Shown here piece after piece: positions 28,832-39,608 of a stretch of 64,000 nt of DNA. Made by a program: the position numbers and the translations under genes. Source of the stretch: Candidatus Omnitrophota bacterium. Its GTDB lineage: Bacteria > Omnitrophota > Gorgyraeia > B26-G9. The notes beneath the pieces were generated by a model. That model ran no database searches and was not told where the DNA came from. It was given only the letters and a program-made list of their open reading frames with translations. The number at the start of each line of letters is the position of its first letter. Position 1 is the stretch's first letter. The DNA lies in NCBI GenBank assembly GCA_018817165.1, contig JAHITY010000015.1, forward strand, positions 36,354-100,353, given 5' to 3'.

Positions 28832-30139
28832 TTACTCACCTAAAGTAAACATTAATACAGCTTCTGCTACCACTTTACCATCAACTAATGCTCGGCCATA
28901 CGCCTGGCCCACTTTTGATTTTAATTTAAGCACAGACACTTCTAATCTCAGCTGATCACCTGGCAAAACCATTCTCCGGAATTTCACTTTATCAATACTC
29001 ATAAAATAAGCCCGTTTGCCCTGATTACCTGATTTACTCAGCAATAAAACACCCACGACTTGCGCCATGGCTTCCACAATTAAAACCCCGGGCATAACTG
29101 GCCGCCCAGGAAAATGCCCTTTAAAAAAAGACTCATTTATTGTAACATTTTTTATACCTACCGCAAATTTATCTTCTTTTAATTCAAGAATTTTATCCAC
29201 TAAAAGAAAAGGATACCGGTGCGGTAAAATTTTCTGGATATCATTGATATTTAAAGGCGGCGTACTATTAAAATCACTACTTATTGTTCCAATACTCGCC
29301 TGTGTTTGACGGTCATGAAGATGCTTGATTTTTTGCAGCAACTTGATATTTAAAGGATGCCCGCTTTTAATTCCAATTACATGCCCGATTATCGGATGAC
29401 CTAAAAGATAAAGATCACCGATTAAATCACAAATTTTATGGCGAACAAATTCATCTTCAAAGCGTAATTTATTATTAACTATTTCATTATCTCCAACCAC
29501 AACAGTATTATCGTAATTTGCTCCTTTGCCCAGACCTTGCCGAGTTAATTCTTCGGCCTCCGCTTGTAAACAAAAAGTTCTACTGGGAGCTAATTCTTTT
29601 TCAAAAACTCTTTTGTCAACATCAAAAGAAGCATATTGAGATTTAAGCATTGGATGCGGATAGCTCATAGTATACGAAACCCGAAATTCATTAGCTGGCA
29701 ATATCATTAAAGAAGAATCGCCTTCTTCCATAAACAATGCTTCTTTTGGCTGAAAATACTTACGCTGCGCTTTTTGGTCAACAATCCCCGCTTTTTTTAA
29801 TATTTCAAAAAAAGGTAAAGAACTGCCGTCAAGACCTGGTAATTCCTCTGCGTCCATCTCAATTATAATATTATCTATTCCCAACCCGACCAAAGCCGCC
29901 ATTACATGCTCAATAGTATGAATTTCAATGTTGCGAATTCCAATAGACGTCCTACGAGGTCTTTCAATAAGATTAGACAAATGCGCCTTAACTCTGGGTT
30001 TGCCCTCTTGATCAACACGCACAAACACCACCCCATTATCTTCCGGAGCAGCCGTGAATTTAACATTTACTTTTTGACCGGTATGTAACCCTACACCACT
30101 TAATGATACTGAATTAATTATTGTTTTTTGAAATTCCAT
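28832..30139 (-). CDS. lpxC-fabZ: Bifunctional UDP-3-O-acyl-GlcNAc deacetylase / 3-hydroxyacyl-ACP dehydratase (LpxC-FabZ fusion)
   Basis: The N-terminal ~280 aa have LpxC blocks (SGVGLHTG). The C-terminal ~145 aa are a FabZ hotdog domain ([19 protein letters not shown]). Confidence 0.85.
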   Translation of the reverse strand: MEFQKTIINSVSLSGVGLHTGQKVNVKFTAAPEDNGVVFVRVDQEGKPRVKAHLSNLIERPRRTSIGIRNIEIHTIEHVMAALVGLGIDNIIIEMDAEELPGLDGSSLPFFEILKKAGIVDQKAQRKYFQPKEALFMEEGDSSLMILPANEFRVSYTMSYPHPMLKSQYASFDVDKRVFEKELAPSRTFCLQAEAEELTRQGLGKGANYDNTVVVGDNEIVNNKLRFEDEFVRHKICDLIGDLYLLGHPIIGHVIGIKSGHPLNIKLLQKIKHLHDRQTQASIGTISSDFNSTPPLNINDIQKILPHRYPFLLVDKILELKEDKFAVGIKNVTINESFFKGHFPGRPVMPGVLIVEAMAQVVGVLLLSKSGNQGKRAYFMSIDKVKFRRMVLPGDQLRLEVSVLKLKSKVGQAYGRALVDGKVVAEAVLMFTLGE

Positions 30140-31178
30140 TTTTCTCTACCCTTAAAGCCTCCTCTAAAGTTGCGATTTTTTCCTGTAATTCATTGACCAG
30201 TTTATATAACTCAGGCAACTTTTGTACGCAAGCATTTATTCTTTTAGCTTTTTTATGCGGTTTTGCCGGATAACCGGAAACACAGGTATTTGCAGGAACT
30301 GATTTAGTAACTCCTGCCTGAGCAGCAACTACAGCATTATCACCAATATTAATATGTCCAATAACCCCTGACTGACCGGCCAAAGTAACATTTTTCCCCA
30401 AAATTGTACTGCCGGAAATTCCCGCCTGAGCAACAATTATTGAATTTTCTCCGACAACGACATTATGGGCAATTTGCACCAAATTATCAATTTTAGTCCC
30501 GTGTTTTATTATAGTTTTATCAAAACGCGCGCGATCAATAGTTACATTAGCTCCAATTTCAACATCATCTTCAATAATTACAGTTCCTATTTGCGGAATC
30601 TTTTGATGTAAACCTTTAACCGTTGCAAAACCAAAGCCATCGCTGCCTATAACTGTTCCACTGTGAATAATAACCCGATTGCCAATAACCATTCGTTCTC
30701 TAATGCTTACATGGGGATAAACTATTGTCTTACAACCAATTTTTGTACTATGACCAATAAATACACCCGCACATAAAACACTATTATCCCCTAATTCAGA
30801 ATTATCCTCCATTACAACAAAAGGATCAATAGAAACATTTTTACCTAATTTTACATTTTTACCAATTACAGCTGTAGGATGAACGCCCTTATAATGATCA
30901 TATTCATTCGGCGCAACTAAAGTCAATAATTTTGCAAATGCTAATGAAGGATTTTGGGTTAAAATCAATGGTTTTGAAGATACCTTTATATCTGGAGTAG
31001 TAATAATTGCCGAAGCATTAGTGTGGTCCATCAAAGAGATATACTTAGGATTTGCAATAAAAGTTATTTCCCCTTGTTTAGCCTCTTTTATTCCACAAAC
31101 TCCGAAAATTTCAATATTTCCATCTCCAACTACAGATCCGTCTATAAGTTGCGCTATTTCATTTAAGGTTTTCTTCAT
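30114..31178 (-). CDS. lpxD: UDP-3-O-acylglucosamine N-acyltransferase
   Basis: Hexapeptide beta-helix with an N-terminal LpxD domain. Length 354 aa. Confidence 0.85.
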   Translation of the reverse strand: MKKTLNEIAQLIDGSVVGDGNIEIFGVCGIKEAKQGEITFIANPKYISLMDHTNASAIITTPDIKVSSKPLILTQNPSLAFAKLLTLVAPNEYDHYKGVHPTAVIGKNVKLGKNVSIDPFVVMEDNSELGDNSVLCAGVFIGHSTKIGCKTIVYPHVSIRERMVIGNRVIIHSGTVIGSDGFGFATVKGLHQKIPQIGTVIIEDDVEIGANVTIDRARFDKTIIKHGTKIDNLVQIAHNVVVGENSIIVAQAGISGSTILGKNVTLAGQSGVIGHINIGDNAVVAAQAGVTKSVPANTCVSGYPAKPHKKAKRINACVQKLPELYKLVNELQEKIATLEEALRVEKNGISKNNN

Positions 31179-31192
31179 TTTATTTCCTTGTT

Positions 31193-31678
31193 TTAATTCC
31201 CTTTATAGCGTTCATTTAGCATTTTCATTATTTCATCAGTTAAATCATTTTCTTTTGGTCCATCAATAATAAGCCTATCGTCTATAATATAAGTTAATTT
31301 TTTCTTTTTGCGCAATTCTTTGGATACATTCTCAACATCTTTGAGAATTTCTCTTAAAATACGCTCTTCATCTTTTCTAATATCCACAGTCATCTTGCGA
31401 ATCTCTTCTTGCTTGCTCAACATTTGATTTTTTCTTTCTTCTTGAGCTTCTTTACTTAAAGTATCAAATCCTTCATTCATTTTTTTCATATCCTGAAGCA
31501 TCATATTAACATCATTTTTAACCTTATCCATTTTCTCATTAGAATCAACTACTTTCTTATACCCTTCAAAGATCTTCGCGAGATTAATATATCCAATACT
31601 TAAATCCTCAGCAAAACATTTACTCTGAACACAAAAAATTGCACTAATCAGTGCAATAATTACCAATATTTTCTTCAT
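31193..31678 (-). CDS. skp: Skp/OmpH periplasmic chaperone
   Basis: 161 aa with a signal peptide and a charged coiled-coil. It lies between lpxD and bamA. Confidence 0.7.
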   Translation of the reverse strand: MKKILVIIALISAIFCVQSKCFAEDLSIGYINLAKIFEGYKKVVDSNEKMDKVKNDVNMMLQDMKKMNEGFDTLSKEAQEERKNQMLSKQEEIRKMTVDIRKDEERILREILKDVENVSKELRKKKKLTYIIDDRLIIDGPKENDLTDEIMKMLNERYKGN

Positions 31679-31772
31679 TTTTCCTCCCTTTTTTAGCTGT
31701 TTATTCTAATTATTTGATATATTGTAACACATTACAAAATTTTGTCAATCTAATCCCACCCGTTATTAAAAA

Positions 31773-34046
31773 CTAAAATTCATGACTCATCGCAAAATGG
31801 AATCTCCCCTTAGCATCACCTTCTTTAGGATTAAGCGCGTAGCCATAATCAAGTCTGATCGGCCCCAAAGGCGTTTTTACCCTAATCCCAGTACCGATAG
31901 CAGCTTTAAGTTTAAGATTATCCCAAATAAACTCCTGATTATTTGACCACACATTTCCAATATCATAGAAAAACGCCCACTTTAAATTATTAGTTAATTT
32001 ATGCGTATATTCAGCATTAAAGATTGCTCTTAATCTTCCACCGATCGGGTCGCCTTGTTCGCCTTCAGGCCCAACTCTTCTTTCTTTATATCCTCTGATT
32101 GTATTCGCTCCTCCAGCATAAAACCGCTCATAAACAGGCACGTCAACCGAGTCACTAAAAGCCTCGATCATCCCCACTCGAATTTGAAAATCGAGAACAT
32201 CGTCATGCCCCATTGGAAAATATTTATTATTTTTAGTTTCATATTTTACAAAATCCTTATCCCCCCCAAAACAGCCTCCGGCATATTCTGTAGAAAATTG
32301 ATTATAAACCCCGGTTCGAGGATTATAGAGATTATCTCTTGTATCATGAATAATATCAGTTCGAATACTGCTTATATAATTTTTTCCCGCTTCCGCTTTA
32401 ATAGCATTAGAAGCATCATCTTGAATATCATCAATCCGAATACTTTCATAACGATATGTCCATTTATTCTGCCAATACTCTCCTAACTCTTTGCTCGCAA
32501 ATAAATTACCGCCGATTCTTTTTTCATCATACTTATCCCATTCCTGGGTGCGGCTATAAACATTAAATCCGGTTGCCAGCGGATATCCCAAGAACCATGG
32601 TTCAACAAAACTAAGTTCATAATCTTTTTTTTCAGACCCAAATTCCATTCGCAAACGTAATTTTTGTCCCGCTCCGGTAAAAGTAGGAAAATTAAAAATA
32701 TCAAAATTTCTTTGGGTTAAATCAACAAATCCAATAAATTTATCTACTGAACTATACCCGGCGCCAAAGCTGAACTCTCCGGTTTTTGATTCTTTTACAA
32801 ACACATCCATATCATATTTATCCGGTAAAGTCGAAGGCTGCTCATCAGTATTAAAAGATACCTCTTCAAAGTATCCTAAATTATATAAACGCTGACGGCT
32901 TCTTCTTAATTTTTCGCCATTATATCGATCCCCTGGAAACAACCGCATTTCACGCCTTATAACAATGTCTTTGGTGCGAACATTGCCTTTAATATTTACT
33001 TTATCCAAGTAGCCTATTTTCCCTTCACTAATATTATAAGAAACATCAACCTGTCCTGTTTCAGGATTAAGGATTGTATCCGCTTTAACTGATGACGCGA
33101 TGTAACCTGCATCAAAATAATGCGCTTGGATTTTTGAGATATCGGAACGCAGTTTATTTTCACTATAAATCTGATCATTCAATAATTCCAGATTAGCAGT
33201 CAGGTCTGAATCTAAAAACACCTGATTACCTTTAAACAATACATTTCCCGCCCGGTATTGTTTCCCTTCACTGATCTTAAAAGTTATATACATCGAATCA
33301 TTTTTCTGATTATATTCAATTGTCGGTTCGATAAGAGCATCGATAAAACCATCCATACGATAGAAATTATTTAATCTATCAGTATCTTCTGCCCAGACAT
33401 CTTCTTTAAAAAACCCGGAATTAAACCAACCGCGCTTTTTAGTTTTAATAATTTTACGCAGCCGCGCATCATCAAAATAACCATTCCCTTCAAAACTTAT
33501 TTTCCTAATCCTTATTCGCTTACCTTCTTTAACAGTAATCGTAACTATTACACTGTGCTCTTTTTCTTCAAAAGAATAATCTAATTCTGCCAAAGAGTAG
33601 CCTTTTTTAGCATAAAGCTTTTTCAAATTAACGATATCCTCTTTTAATTGAAATTGATCAAATATTTCTCCGGTTTTAACCGTCATCTCAACTTTAAGTT
33701 TTTTAGTCCTAACCCGACGATTACCGGTAAATACGATTTCTTTTAGCATGGGTTTTTCTTCTACCTTAAAAACAACTGTCAACCCATCCGCTTCATCAAC
33801 AAGATCCGCGCTTACATCATTAAAAAGTCCCGTTGCATACAGACGTTTAATATCGTCGCTTAAAATTAAGGGGGAATACTCTGAACCTTCCTTAGATTTC
33901 AATTTCGAAAGAATTGTCTGTTCACTTACAACTTTATTATTCGTTACTTTCAGTTTATTAATTACCCTCTCACCATCTTGAGCAAAAACATTTACTGAAA
34001 AAAATAAAAAAATAAACCCAAAAAATACAATAAACTTTTTTCTCAT
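31773..34046 (-). CDS. bamA: Outer membrane protein assembly factor BamA
   Basis: Signal peptide, repeated POTRA-like modules and a C-terminal Omp85 barrel ending in the aromatic residue F. Confidence 0.85.
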   Translation of the reverse strand: MRKKFIVFFGFIFLFFSVNVFAQDGERVINKLKVTNNKVVSEQTILSKLKSKEGSEYSPLILSDDIKRLYATGLFNDVSADLVDEADGLTVVFKVEEKPMLKEIVFTGNRRVRTKKLKVEMTVKTGEIFDQFQLKEDIVNLKKLYAKKGYSLAELDYSFEEKEHSVIVTITVKEGKRIRIRKISFEGNGYFDDARLRKIIKTKKRGWFNSGFFKEDVWAEDTDRLNNFYRMDGFIDALIEPTIEYNQKNDSMYITFKISEGKQYRAGNVLFKGNQVFLDSDLTANLELLNDQIYSENKLRSDISKIQAHYFDAGYIASSVKADTILNPETGQVDVSYNISEGKIGYLDKVNIKGNVRTKDIVIRREMRLFPGDRYNGEKLRRSRQRLYNLGYFEEVSFNTDEQPSTLPDKYDMDVFVKESKTGEFSFGAGYSSVDKFIGFVDLTQRNFDIFNFPTFTGAGQKLRLRMEFGSEKKDYELSFVEPWFLGYPLATGFNVYSRTQEWDKYDEKRIGGNLFASKELGEYWQNKWTYRYESIRIDDIQDDASNAIKAEAGKNYISSIRTDIIHDTRDNLYNPRTGVYNQFSTEYAGGCFGGDKDFVKYETKNNKYFPMGHDDVLDFQIRVGMIEAFSDSVDVPVYERFYAGGANTIRGYKERRVGPEGEQGDPIGGRLRAIFNAEYTHKLTNNLKWAFFYDIGNVWSNNQEFIWDNLKLKAAIGTGIRVKTPLGPIRLDYGYALNPKEGDAKGRFHFAMSHEF

Positions 34047-34049
34047 AAT

Positions 34050-35438
34050 TTATTCTTCTCTCTTTGTATGATTTTCAAATCTACTGAACTCTTTTACAAA
34101 TGTAAGAGTCTTTGTCCCTACAGGACCATTTCTTTGTTTTGCGATAATAACTTCTGCTAACCCCTTATTCTCTTCATTAGGATTGTAATATTCCTCACGA
34201 AATAACAACATAACAACATCAGCATCCTGTTCAATTGCTCCAGAATCACGCAAATCAGAAAGTCTAGGTCGAAATCCGTCACGGGATTCAGTAGCCCGTG
34301 ACAACTGACTCAAGGCAACAAGTGGCACATTAATTTCTCTGGCCAACCCCTTTAAAGATCTGGATATATCTGAAATTTCCTGTTGCCGGCTTTCTCCACG
34401 AAATCCCGCAGCCTGCATAAGCTGAATATAATCGAGAATTATCAATCCGATATTATGCTGCGCTTTTAATCTTCTGGCTTTTGCTCTAAGCTCTAAAACA
34501 TTAAGTCCCGGAGTATCATCAATAAACAGTGGTGCGGTTGATATTTTCCCTGCGGCATTAACCAAATCCCCCCAATGGTCCTGAGATAAAAATCCTGTAC
34601 GCACAGCCTGCATATCCACCCGGGCATGAGAGCAAAGGATTCTTTGCACCAATGATTCTTTAGACATTTCCAAGCTAAAAATAGCTGTAGGAATTTTTTC
34701 AATAACAGCGGCATGTTCGGCAAATCCGCACATCAAAGCACTTTTGCCCATAGATGGGCGTCCAGCAAGGATTATTAGATCTGATGGCTGCAGCCCAGCG
34801 GTAATAACATCAAGATCTTGATACCCAGTAGGAATTCCAGTGATTTGTGTTTTTCGCTGATAAAGTTTTTCAATGTTTTCAATACTGCTTTTAATCAACT
34901 CTTTTACCGGAACAATCCCGCTCTTTGCTTTTGACCCGGCAATTTCAAATATCATTCGCTCAGCAGTATCAAGCAAACCATCAACATCCTGATCAGGCTC
35001 ATATCCTTGAGTAACAATATTAGTTGCTGTTGATATAAGTTTACGTAATACTGCTTTTTCTTTGACAATTTTTGCATGATGCAACACATTAGCTGCAGTA
35101 GCAACTACATTGGCAAGTTCAGTAAGATAACCCGCTCCTCCTACTTTTTCCAGTTCATTCGCTTTGAGTAAAAAATCACTAAGCGTGATTAAGTCAATCG
35201 GTCTATTTTCACTATACAGACCAATCATTGCCCGAAAAATCTTTAGATGATTATCACGATAAAAACAATCTTCATCTAATATTTCTACAACATCAGATAT
35301 AGCCGCTTCTTCAAGCAACATTGAACCCAAAACCGCCATTTCCGCCTCATTATTCTGTGGCGGGACTTTATCAAGCAGGGTAGATGACCCTAAAGGCTCA
35401 ATTCGCTCCTGCTTGCGCTTTATTCTTTGACCACCCAT
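34050..35438 (-). CDS. dnaB: Replicative DNA helicase DnaB
   Basis: Walker A GRPSMGKSA and a RecA-like C-terminal domain. Length 462 aa. Confidence 0.9.
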   Translation of the reverse strand: MGGQRIKRKQERIEPLGSSTLLDKVPPQNNEAEMAVLGSMLLEEAAISDVVEILDEDCFYRDNHLKIFRAMIGLYSENRPIDLITLSDFLLKANELEKVGGAGYLTELANVVATAANVLHHAKIVKEKAVLRKLISTATNIVTQGYEPDQDVDGLLDTAERMIFEIAGSKAKSGIVPVKELIKSSIENIEKLYQRKTQITGIPTGYQDLDVITAGLQPSDLIILAGRPSMGKSALMCGFAEHAAVIEKIPTAIFSLEMSKESLVQRILCSHARVDMQAVRTGFLSQDHWGDLVNAAGKISTAPLFIDDTPGLNVLELRAKARRLKAQHNIGLIILDYIQLMQAAGFRGESRQQEISDISRSLKGLAREINVPLVALSQLSRATESRDGFRPRLSDLRDSGAIEQDADVVMLLFREEYYNPNEENKGLAEVIIAKQRNGPVGTKTLTFVKEFSRFENHTKREE

Positions 35439-35860
35439 ACTTTTACCTGTGGTTTTACTTCTGGATGTAGTTTAACAGGAATGTGATACACCCCTAAGGC
35501 TTTGATCGGCTCTTCTAATAAGATATCTTTCTTATCTACAGATATCCCTTCCTGCAACAGAGATTTTGCAATATCAGCACTTGTAACTGCCCCATAAAGC
35601 TGTTCATCATGTGCTTGCATAACAATAGTACAAGAAACACCTTCAATTTTTTTAGCTATTTCTTCAGCTTCTTGCTTGAGTTTTAATAACTTCTTATCAT
35701 TTACTTTTTTTACTTGTTCTAATAATTGCAAATTCTGATTATTGGCTTCCAAAGCTTTATCTTGAGGAAACAAATAGTTGCGCGCATATCCTTGCGCGAC
35801 CTCAACAACATCTCCCACCTTACCCAATTTATTTAAATCTACTTTCAATACAACTTTCAT
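35420..35860 (-). CDS. rplI: 50S ribosomal protein L9
   Basis: MKVVLKVDLNKLGKVGDVVEVAQGYARNYLFPQ. The GGAG Shine-Dalgarno sequence sits just upstream of the start. Confidence 0.85.
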   Translation of the reverse strand: MKVVLKVDLNKLGKVGDVVEVAQGYARNYLFPQDKALEANNQNLQLLEQVKKVNDKKLLKLKQEAEEIAKKIEGVSCTIVMQAHDEQLYGAVTSADIAKSLLQEGISVDKKDILLEEPIKALGVYHIPVKLHPEVKPQVKVWVVKE

Positions 35861-35908
35861 TATTCTCACTCCTTAAATGATCCCGCCGCAATTCGGCGGG
35901 AGAATTTT

Positions 35909-35956
35909 GCCCGAGAAGCAGCGACTAGCTGCTGATCGGGAATCATTATTATTTAT
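35909..35956. repeat. 48-bp hairpin-forming direct repeat, copy 1 (rpsR-rplI spacer)
   Basis: gcccgagaagcagcgactagctgctgatcgggaatcattattattta. Near-identical (one g/a difference) to the copy at 36032-36078. Internal inverted repeats are cccga...tcggg and agcagc...gctgct. Confidence 0.7.
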
Positions 35957-36031
35957 GCCTGAATTATGGAGCCATTCGACTAAGCTCATGGTAAACATTT
36001 TTGCGCCATCAAGTCATCCTGCGCAAATTTA

Positions 36032-36078
36032 GCCCGAGAAGCAGCGACTAGCTGCTGATCAGGAATCATTATTATTTA
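36032..36078. repeat. 48-bp hairpin-forming direct repeat, copy 2
   Basis: See copy 1. Confidence 0.7.
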
Positions 36079-36144
36079 AGCATAAAATTCGAAAACATCT
36101 TTCCCTTACCATAATCAGAGAGTTTAATATCAAGCTTGCGAATT

Positions 36145-36408
36145 TTATTCTGCAGCATAAGGCAAAATCGCAATAAATCTTGCTCTTTTAATTGCCTGCG
36201 CCAGTTTACGCTGATGTTTAGCACAAGTTCCGCTTACACGAGAAGGAACGATTTTCCCTCTTTCAGTTATAAATTTAACTAATTTGCTAATATCTTTATA
36301 ATCAACCTTATCTGCCTTATCTATACAAAACCGGCATACTTTTTTCTTGAAAAGTACGGTTCTTTTAGAGGGCTTCTTCAACAATTTACCTTTTTTACGC
36401 ATTAACAT
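36145..36408 (-). CDS. rpsR: 30S ribosomal protein S18
   Basis: 87 aa, recognised by overall similarity to S18; it sits in the conserved rpsF-ssb-rpsR-rplI block. Confidence 0.85.
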   Translation of the reverse strand: MLMRKKGKLLKKPSKRTVLFKKKVCRFCIDKADKVDYKDISKLVKFITERGKIVPSRVSGTCAKHQRKLAQAIKRARFIAILPYAAE

Positions 36409-36443
36409 TACTTTTTTCTCCTATCCACTTATAGATTATTAAA

Positions 36444-36896
36444 TTAAAAAGGAACTTCTTCATCCTTTGGAGACTCTAAAGGAAAACTGTCCATAGACTC
36501 ATCCATCGACATTTCACCCGAAGAATATTCCGGCACTGACTGTTTTTGATCAGAACCCTGAGTTTTTCCTTTTCCTAAAAATTGTATATTCTGGGCAATC
36601 ACTTCCATAGTATTACGCTTAGCCCCATCAGGAGCCTGCCATGACCTGCTTTGCAATCTGCCTTCAACAAAAACAGGACGGCCTTTAAATAAATATTCGC
36701 TACATATCTGCGCCAGCTTTGCCCAGCAAACAACCCGAACATAACTAACTTCTTCTTTCTTTTCTCCAGATGTAGAATTAAATGCCCGGCTCACTGCTAT
36801 TGTAAAAGTAGTAACCGCTGTACCGCTTGGGGCATAACGCAATTCAGGATCACGCGTGAGATTTCCCATGAGCAAAACTTTATTTAAATTTGCCAT
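36444..36896 (-). CDS. ssb: Single-stranded DNA-binding protein
   Basis: OB-fold N-terminus and an acidic C-terminal tail ending DEEVPF. Confidence 0.85.
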   Translation of the reverse strand: MANLNKVLLMGNLTRDPELRYAPSGTAVTTFTIAVSRAFNSTSGEKKEEVSYVRVVCWAKLAQICSEYLFKGRPVFVEGRLQSRSWQAPDGAKRNTMEVIAQNIQFLGKGKTQGSDQKQSVPEYSSGEMSMDESMDSFPLESPKDEEVPF

Positions 36897-36908
36897 TCTT
36901 ATCCCTCC

Positions 36909-37196
36909 TTATGATTCCTTGTTAATAATCATAACCCGTAAAATCTCATCATTTAATTTAAAAATGCTTTCAATTTTCTTAACAGCAGCCGGATCTAGAG
37001 TAAAATCTATGCAGTAATAAAAACCTTCGCTTTGTTTTTTAATATCAAAAGTGAATTTTTTCTTACCCCAGCTTTGAACTTCTCCAGGCACACCAATGTT
37101 CTTAGTAATAAGTGCCTTAATTTCCTCAATCTGCTTTTCCTGTCCATCATTATCCAGGGAAGCTTTTAAAATAAAAACTCCTTCATAGTTATTCAT
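36909..37196 (-). CDS. rpsF: 30S ribosomal protein S6
   Basis: MNNYEGVFIL at the N-terminus. Length 95 aa. Confidence 0.85.
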   Translation of the reverse strand: MNNYEGVFILKASLDNDGQEKQIEEIKALITKNIGVPGEVQSWGKKKFTFDIKKQSEGFYYCIDFTLDPAAVKKIESIFKLNDEILRVMIINKES

Positions 37197-37785
37197 CGTC
37201 TGAATTCTCCCTTCCTTTTGTATTGAATTTATTCATTGCAAAATTTATATCATTTTCTAACCAGCTCATAGCCGCATTCTTTGCTTGTTCCACTGTTACT
37301 TTTGCTATTTGTTCATCTTCTTTATTACTAAAACCGCTTAAAACATATTTTGCTAAATCAACCCCAGGCATTGCCGCATTTACGCCAAAACGTAATCTGC
37401 TAACCTCGGAGGTGCCCAAATCTTTTATAATAGAACGCAAACCATTGTGCCCGCCGGCACTTCCAAATTTACGAATTCTAATTGTACCTAGTTTTAAATG
37501 CACATCATCAAAAATGATTAACACATCAGATAAGTCAATTTTAAAGTAATCAATAAAATTTCTAACCGCATTACCACTCAAATTCATATAGGTCAACGGC
37601 TTTACTAAAATAAAACTTATGTTATCAATTTTCCCCTGAGCCCATAAGGAATTAAACTTACGCTGATTAACAGAAACGTCCAATTCTTTGGCTATTGCTT
37701 CTACAACCCAAAATCCCGCATTATGTTTTGTATTTTTATAGTTTGCCCCAGGATTGCCTAGGCCAACTATAAGTTTCCTTGCCAT
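37189..37785 (-). CDS. pth: Peptidyl-tRNA hydrolase
   Basis: LIVGLGNPG...YKNTKHNAGF. Confidence 0.85.
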   Translation of the reverse strand: MARKLIVGLGNPGANYKNTKHNAGFWVVEAIAKELDVSVNQRKFNSLWAQGKIDNISFILVKPLTYMNLSGNAVRNFIDYFKIDLSDVLIIFDDVHLKLGTIRIRKFGSAGGHNGLRSIIKDLGTSEVSRLRFGVNAAMPGVDLAKYVLSGFSNKEDEQIAKVTVEQAKNAAMSWLENDINFAMNKFNTKGRENSDDE

Positions 37786-37881
37786 ATATCTAATTAGCCT
37801 TTAGTTTAGCTTTGCGATTAATCGACTTTAAATTATTGGAGTAATCCCAAAACAATCATTACAAAGATTTCCTAAAACCAA

Positions 37882-38547
37882 CTATTTTTTAGCTTCCTCT
37901 TCATCTGTTTTACCTTTTTTAATTACCTCAGGCTCCCCAGCAGATTGTTCAGCTTCAATTTCTTCATCAGATTTTGCTTCTACTTCATATTTTACCAAAA
38001 CAGCTACTTGATCAAGATTACTAACCGCATGAACACCCTCAGGCATAGGCAACTCTTTAACATGAATCGAATCGCCGACTTTTAATCCAGAAACATCGAC
38101 GATTATCTGTTTAGGTAAATTAATCGGCAAACTTTCAATTTCGATTTCGTGTAAGACATGTTCTAAAATTCCGCCTTCTTTTACTCCCGGAGCATCACTA
38201 TCACCTTTAGTAATAAGTGGTAAATATACGCGAATCTTTTCTGTCATACTAACCATTTGAAAATCTACATGGATAACACTATTTTTAATATGATCAATCT
38301 GCAGTTCTTTAATAATAACCGGCTGATCAGTGATCTTACCATTATTATCCAGCTTTAAAGTAATGATTGAACTTTCTCCATATTTATGCACAAGCTTTAC
38401 TAAGTCTTTATGGTTAACCTCAATTTGAATCGGACTTTCTTTTTTAGCATATAATATTGCCGGCACAGCGCCCAAAGCTCTTATTTTTCGTACCGCGGAA
38501 GTACCGCTGCCTATTCTAATCTTTCCATCTAATAATACATTTTCCAC
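37882..38547 (-). CDS. rplY: 50S ribosomal protein L25 / general stress protein Ctc
   Basis: L25 beta-barrel domain followed by an acidic C-terminal tail. Confidence 0.8.
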   Translation of the reverse strand: MENVLLDGKIRIGSGTSAVRKIRALGAVPAILYAKKESPIQIEVNHKDLVKLVHKYGESSIITLKLDNNGKITDQPVIIKELQIDHIKNSVIHVDFQMVSMTEKIRVYLPLITKGDSDAPGVKEGGILEHVLHEIEIESLPINLPKQIIVDVSGLKVGDSIHVKELPMPEGVHAVSNLDQVAVLVKYEVEAKSDEEIEAEQSAGEPEVIKKGKTDEEEAKK

Positions 38548-38585
38548 TTGTTATTCCTCCTTGTATAAACACTATTTTAAATCAA

Positions 38586-39524
38586 TCATATAAATAAAGA
38601 GCTTACAGACTCTTCATTATGAATTCTTTTGATTGCCTCAGCCAATAATTTAGCAATAGTCACAACCTTTACTTTAGGATGTTTTTTATCATCAGATATC
38701 GGAATTGAATCCGTTACAACAATCTCTTTCAAACCACTTTTTTCGATTCTTTCCAAAGCCGGTCCGGAAAATACTCCATGAGTAACTCCAGCATATACTT
38801 CCTTTGCCCCTTTTTTCTTAAGCGCGTTTGCCGCTTCAGTCAAAGAACCGGCAGTAGCACACATATCATCAATTAAAATACCGATTTTACCTTCCACATC
38901 CCCTAAAACATTCATGGCTTCTGTACTTTCGCCATCAATCCGGCGTTTATCAATAATGCCTAAAGGCGCGCCGAGACGTTTAGCAAATGCTCTGGCCATC
39001 TTTACTCCACCGACATCAGGAGAAACAATAACCACATTTTCTCCCACAAATTTCTTGAAATGCTCGATCAAAACCGGAGCTGCAAAAAGATGATCCACCG
39101 GAATATCAAAAAAACCCTGTATTTGCCCAGCATGTAAATCCATGGTTAAAACTCTATCCGCTCCAGCATTGGCAATTAAATTAGCGACCAATTTTGCGGT
39201 AATCGGCACACGCGGCTGATCTTTTCTATCTTGGCGGGCATAACCATAATAAGGAATAACCGCGGTTATCCTTCCCGCGGAAGCCCTGGCTAAAGCATCA
39301 ATAAGAATTAATAATTCCATCAGATTATCATTAGTCGGAGGACAAGTAGGCTGAATTACAAAAACATCCTTGCCTCTGACATTCTGATCAACTCGAACCT
39401 GGATTTCGCCTTCACTAAATTTACCAACAAAAGCATTTCCTAAGGCAACCCCTAAGTGTTTACAAATATCCTTTGCCAGCTGAGGGTTCGCATTCCCAGT
39501 GAATACTGTTAATCTTTCTTGCAT
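38586..39524 (-). CDS. prs: Ribose-phosphate pyrophosphokinase
   Basis: PRPP-synthetase blocks including the PRPP-binding loop DDMCATAGS. Length 312 aa. Confidence 0.9.
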   Translation of the reverse strand: MQERLTVFTGNANPQLAKDICKHLGVALGNAFVGKFSEGEIQVRVDQNVRGKDVFVIQPTCPPTNDNLMELLILIDALARASAGRITAVIPYYGYARQDRKDQPRVPITAKLVANLIANAGADRVLTMDLHAGQIQGFFDIPVDHLFAAPVLIEHFKKFVGENVVIVSPDVGGVKMARAFAKRLGAPLGIIDKRRIDGESTEAMNVLGDVEGKIGILIDDMCATAGSLTEAANALKKKGAKEVYAGVTHGVFSGPALERIEKSGLKEIVVTDSIPISDDKKHPKVKVVTIAKLLAEAIKRIHNEESVSSLFI

Positions 39525-39608
39525 TAGCCTAACCTTTCAATTTATTATAAACATTATTAGCTTTTATCTTTTGACTTTTATATTTTTATATTTTTAGCTT
39601 TTCAGCTT

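Noticed and set aside
35909-36078. Direct repeats in the rpsR-rplI spacer as a possible CRISPR array
   Set aside because: There are only two copies. They are 48 bp long, with a 75-bp spacer that itself contains palindromes. No cas genes or leader are present. A REP-like or regulatory hairpin element fits better.
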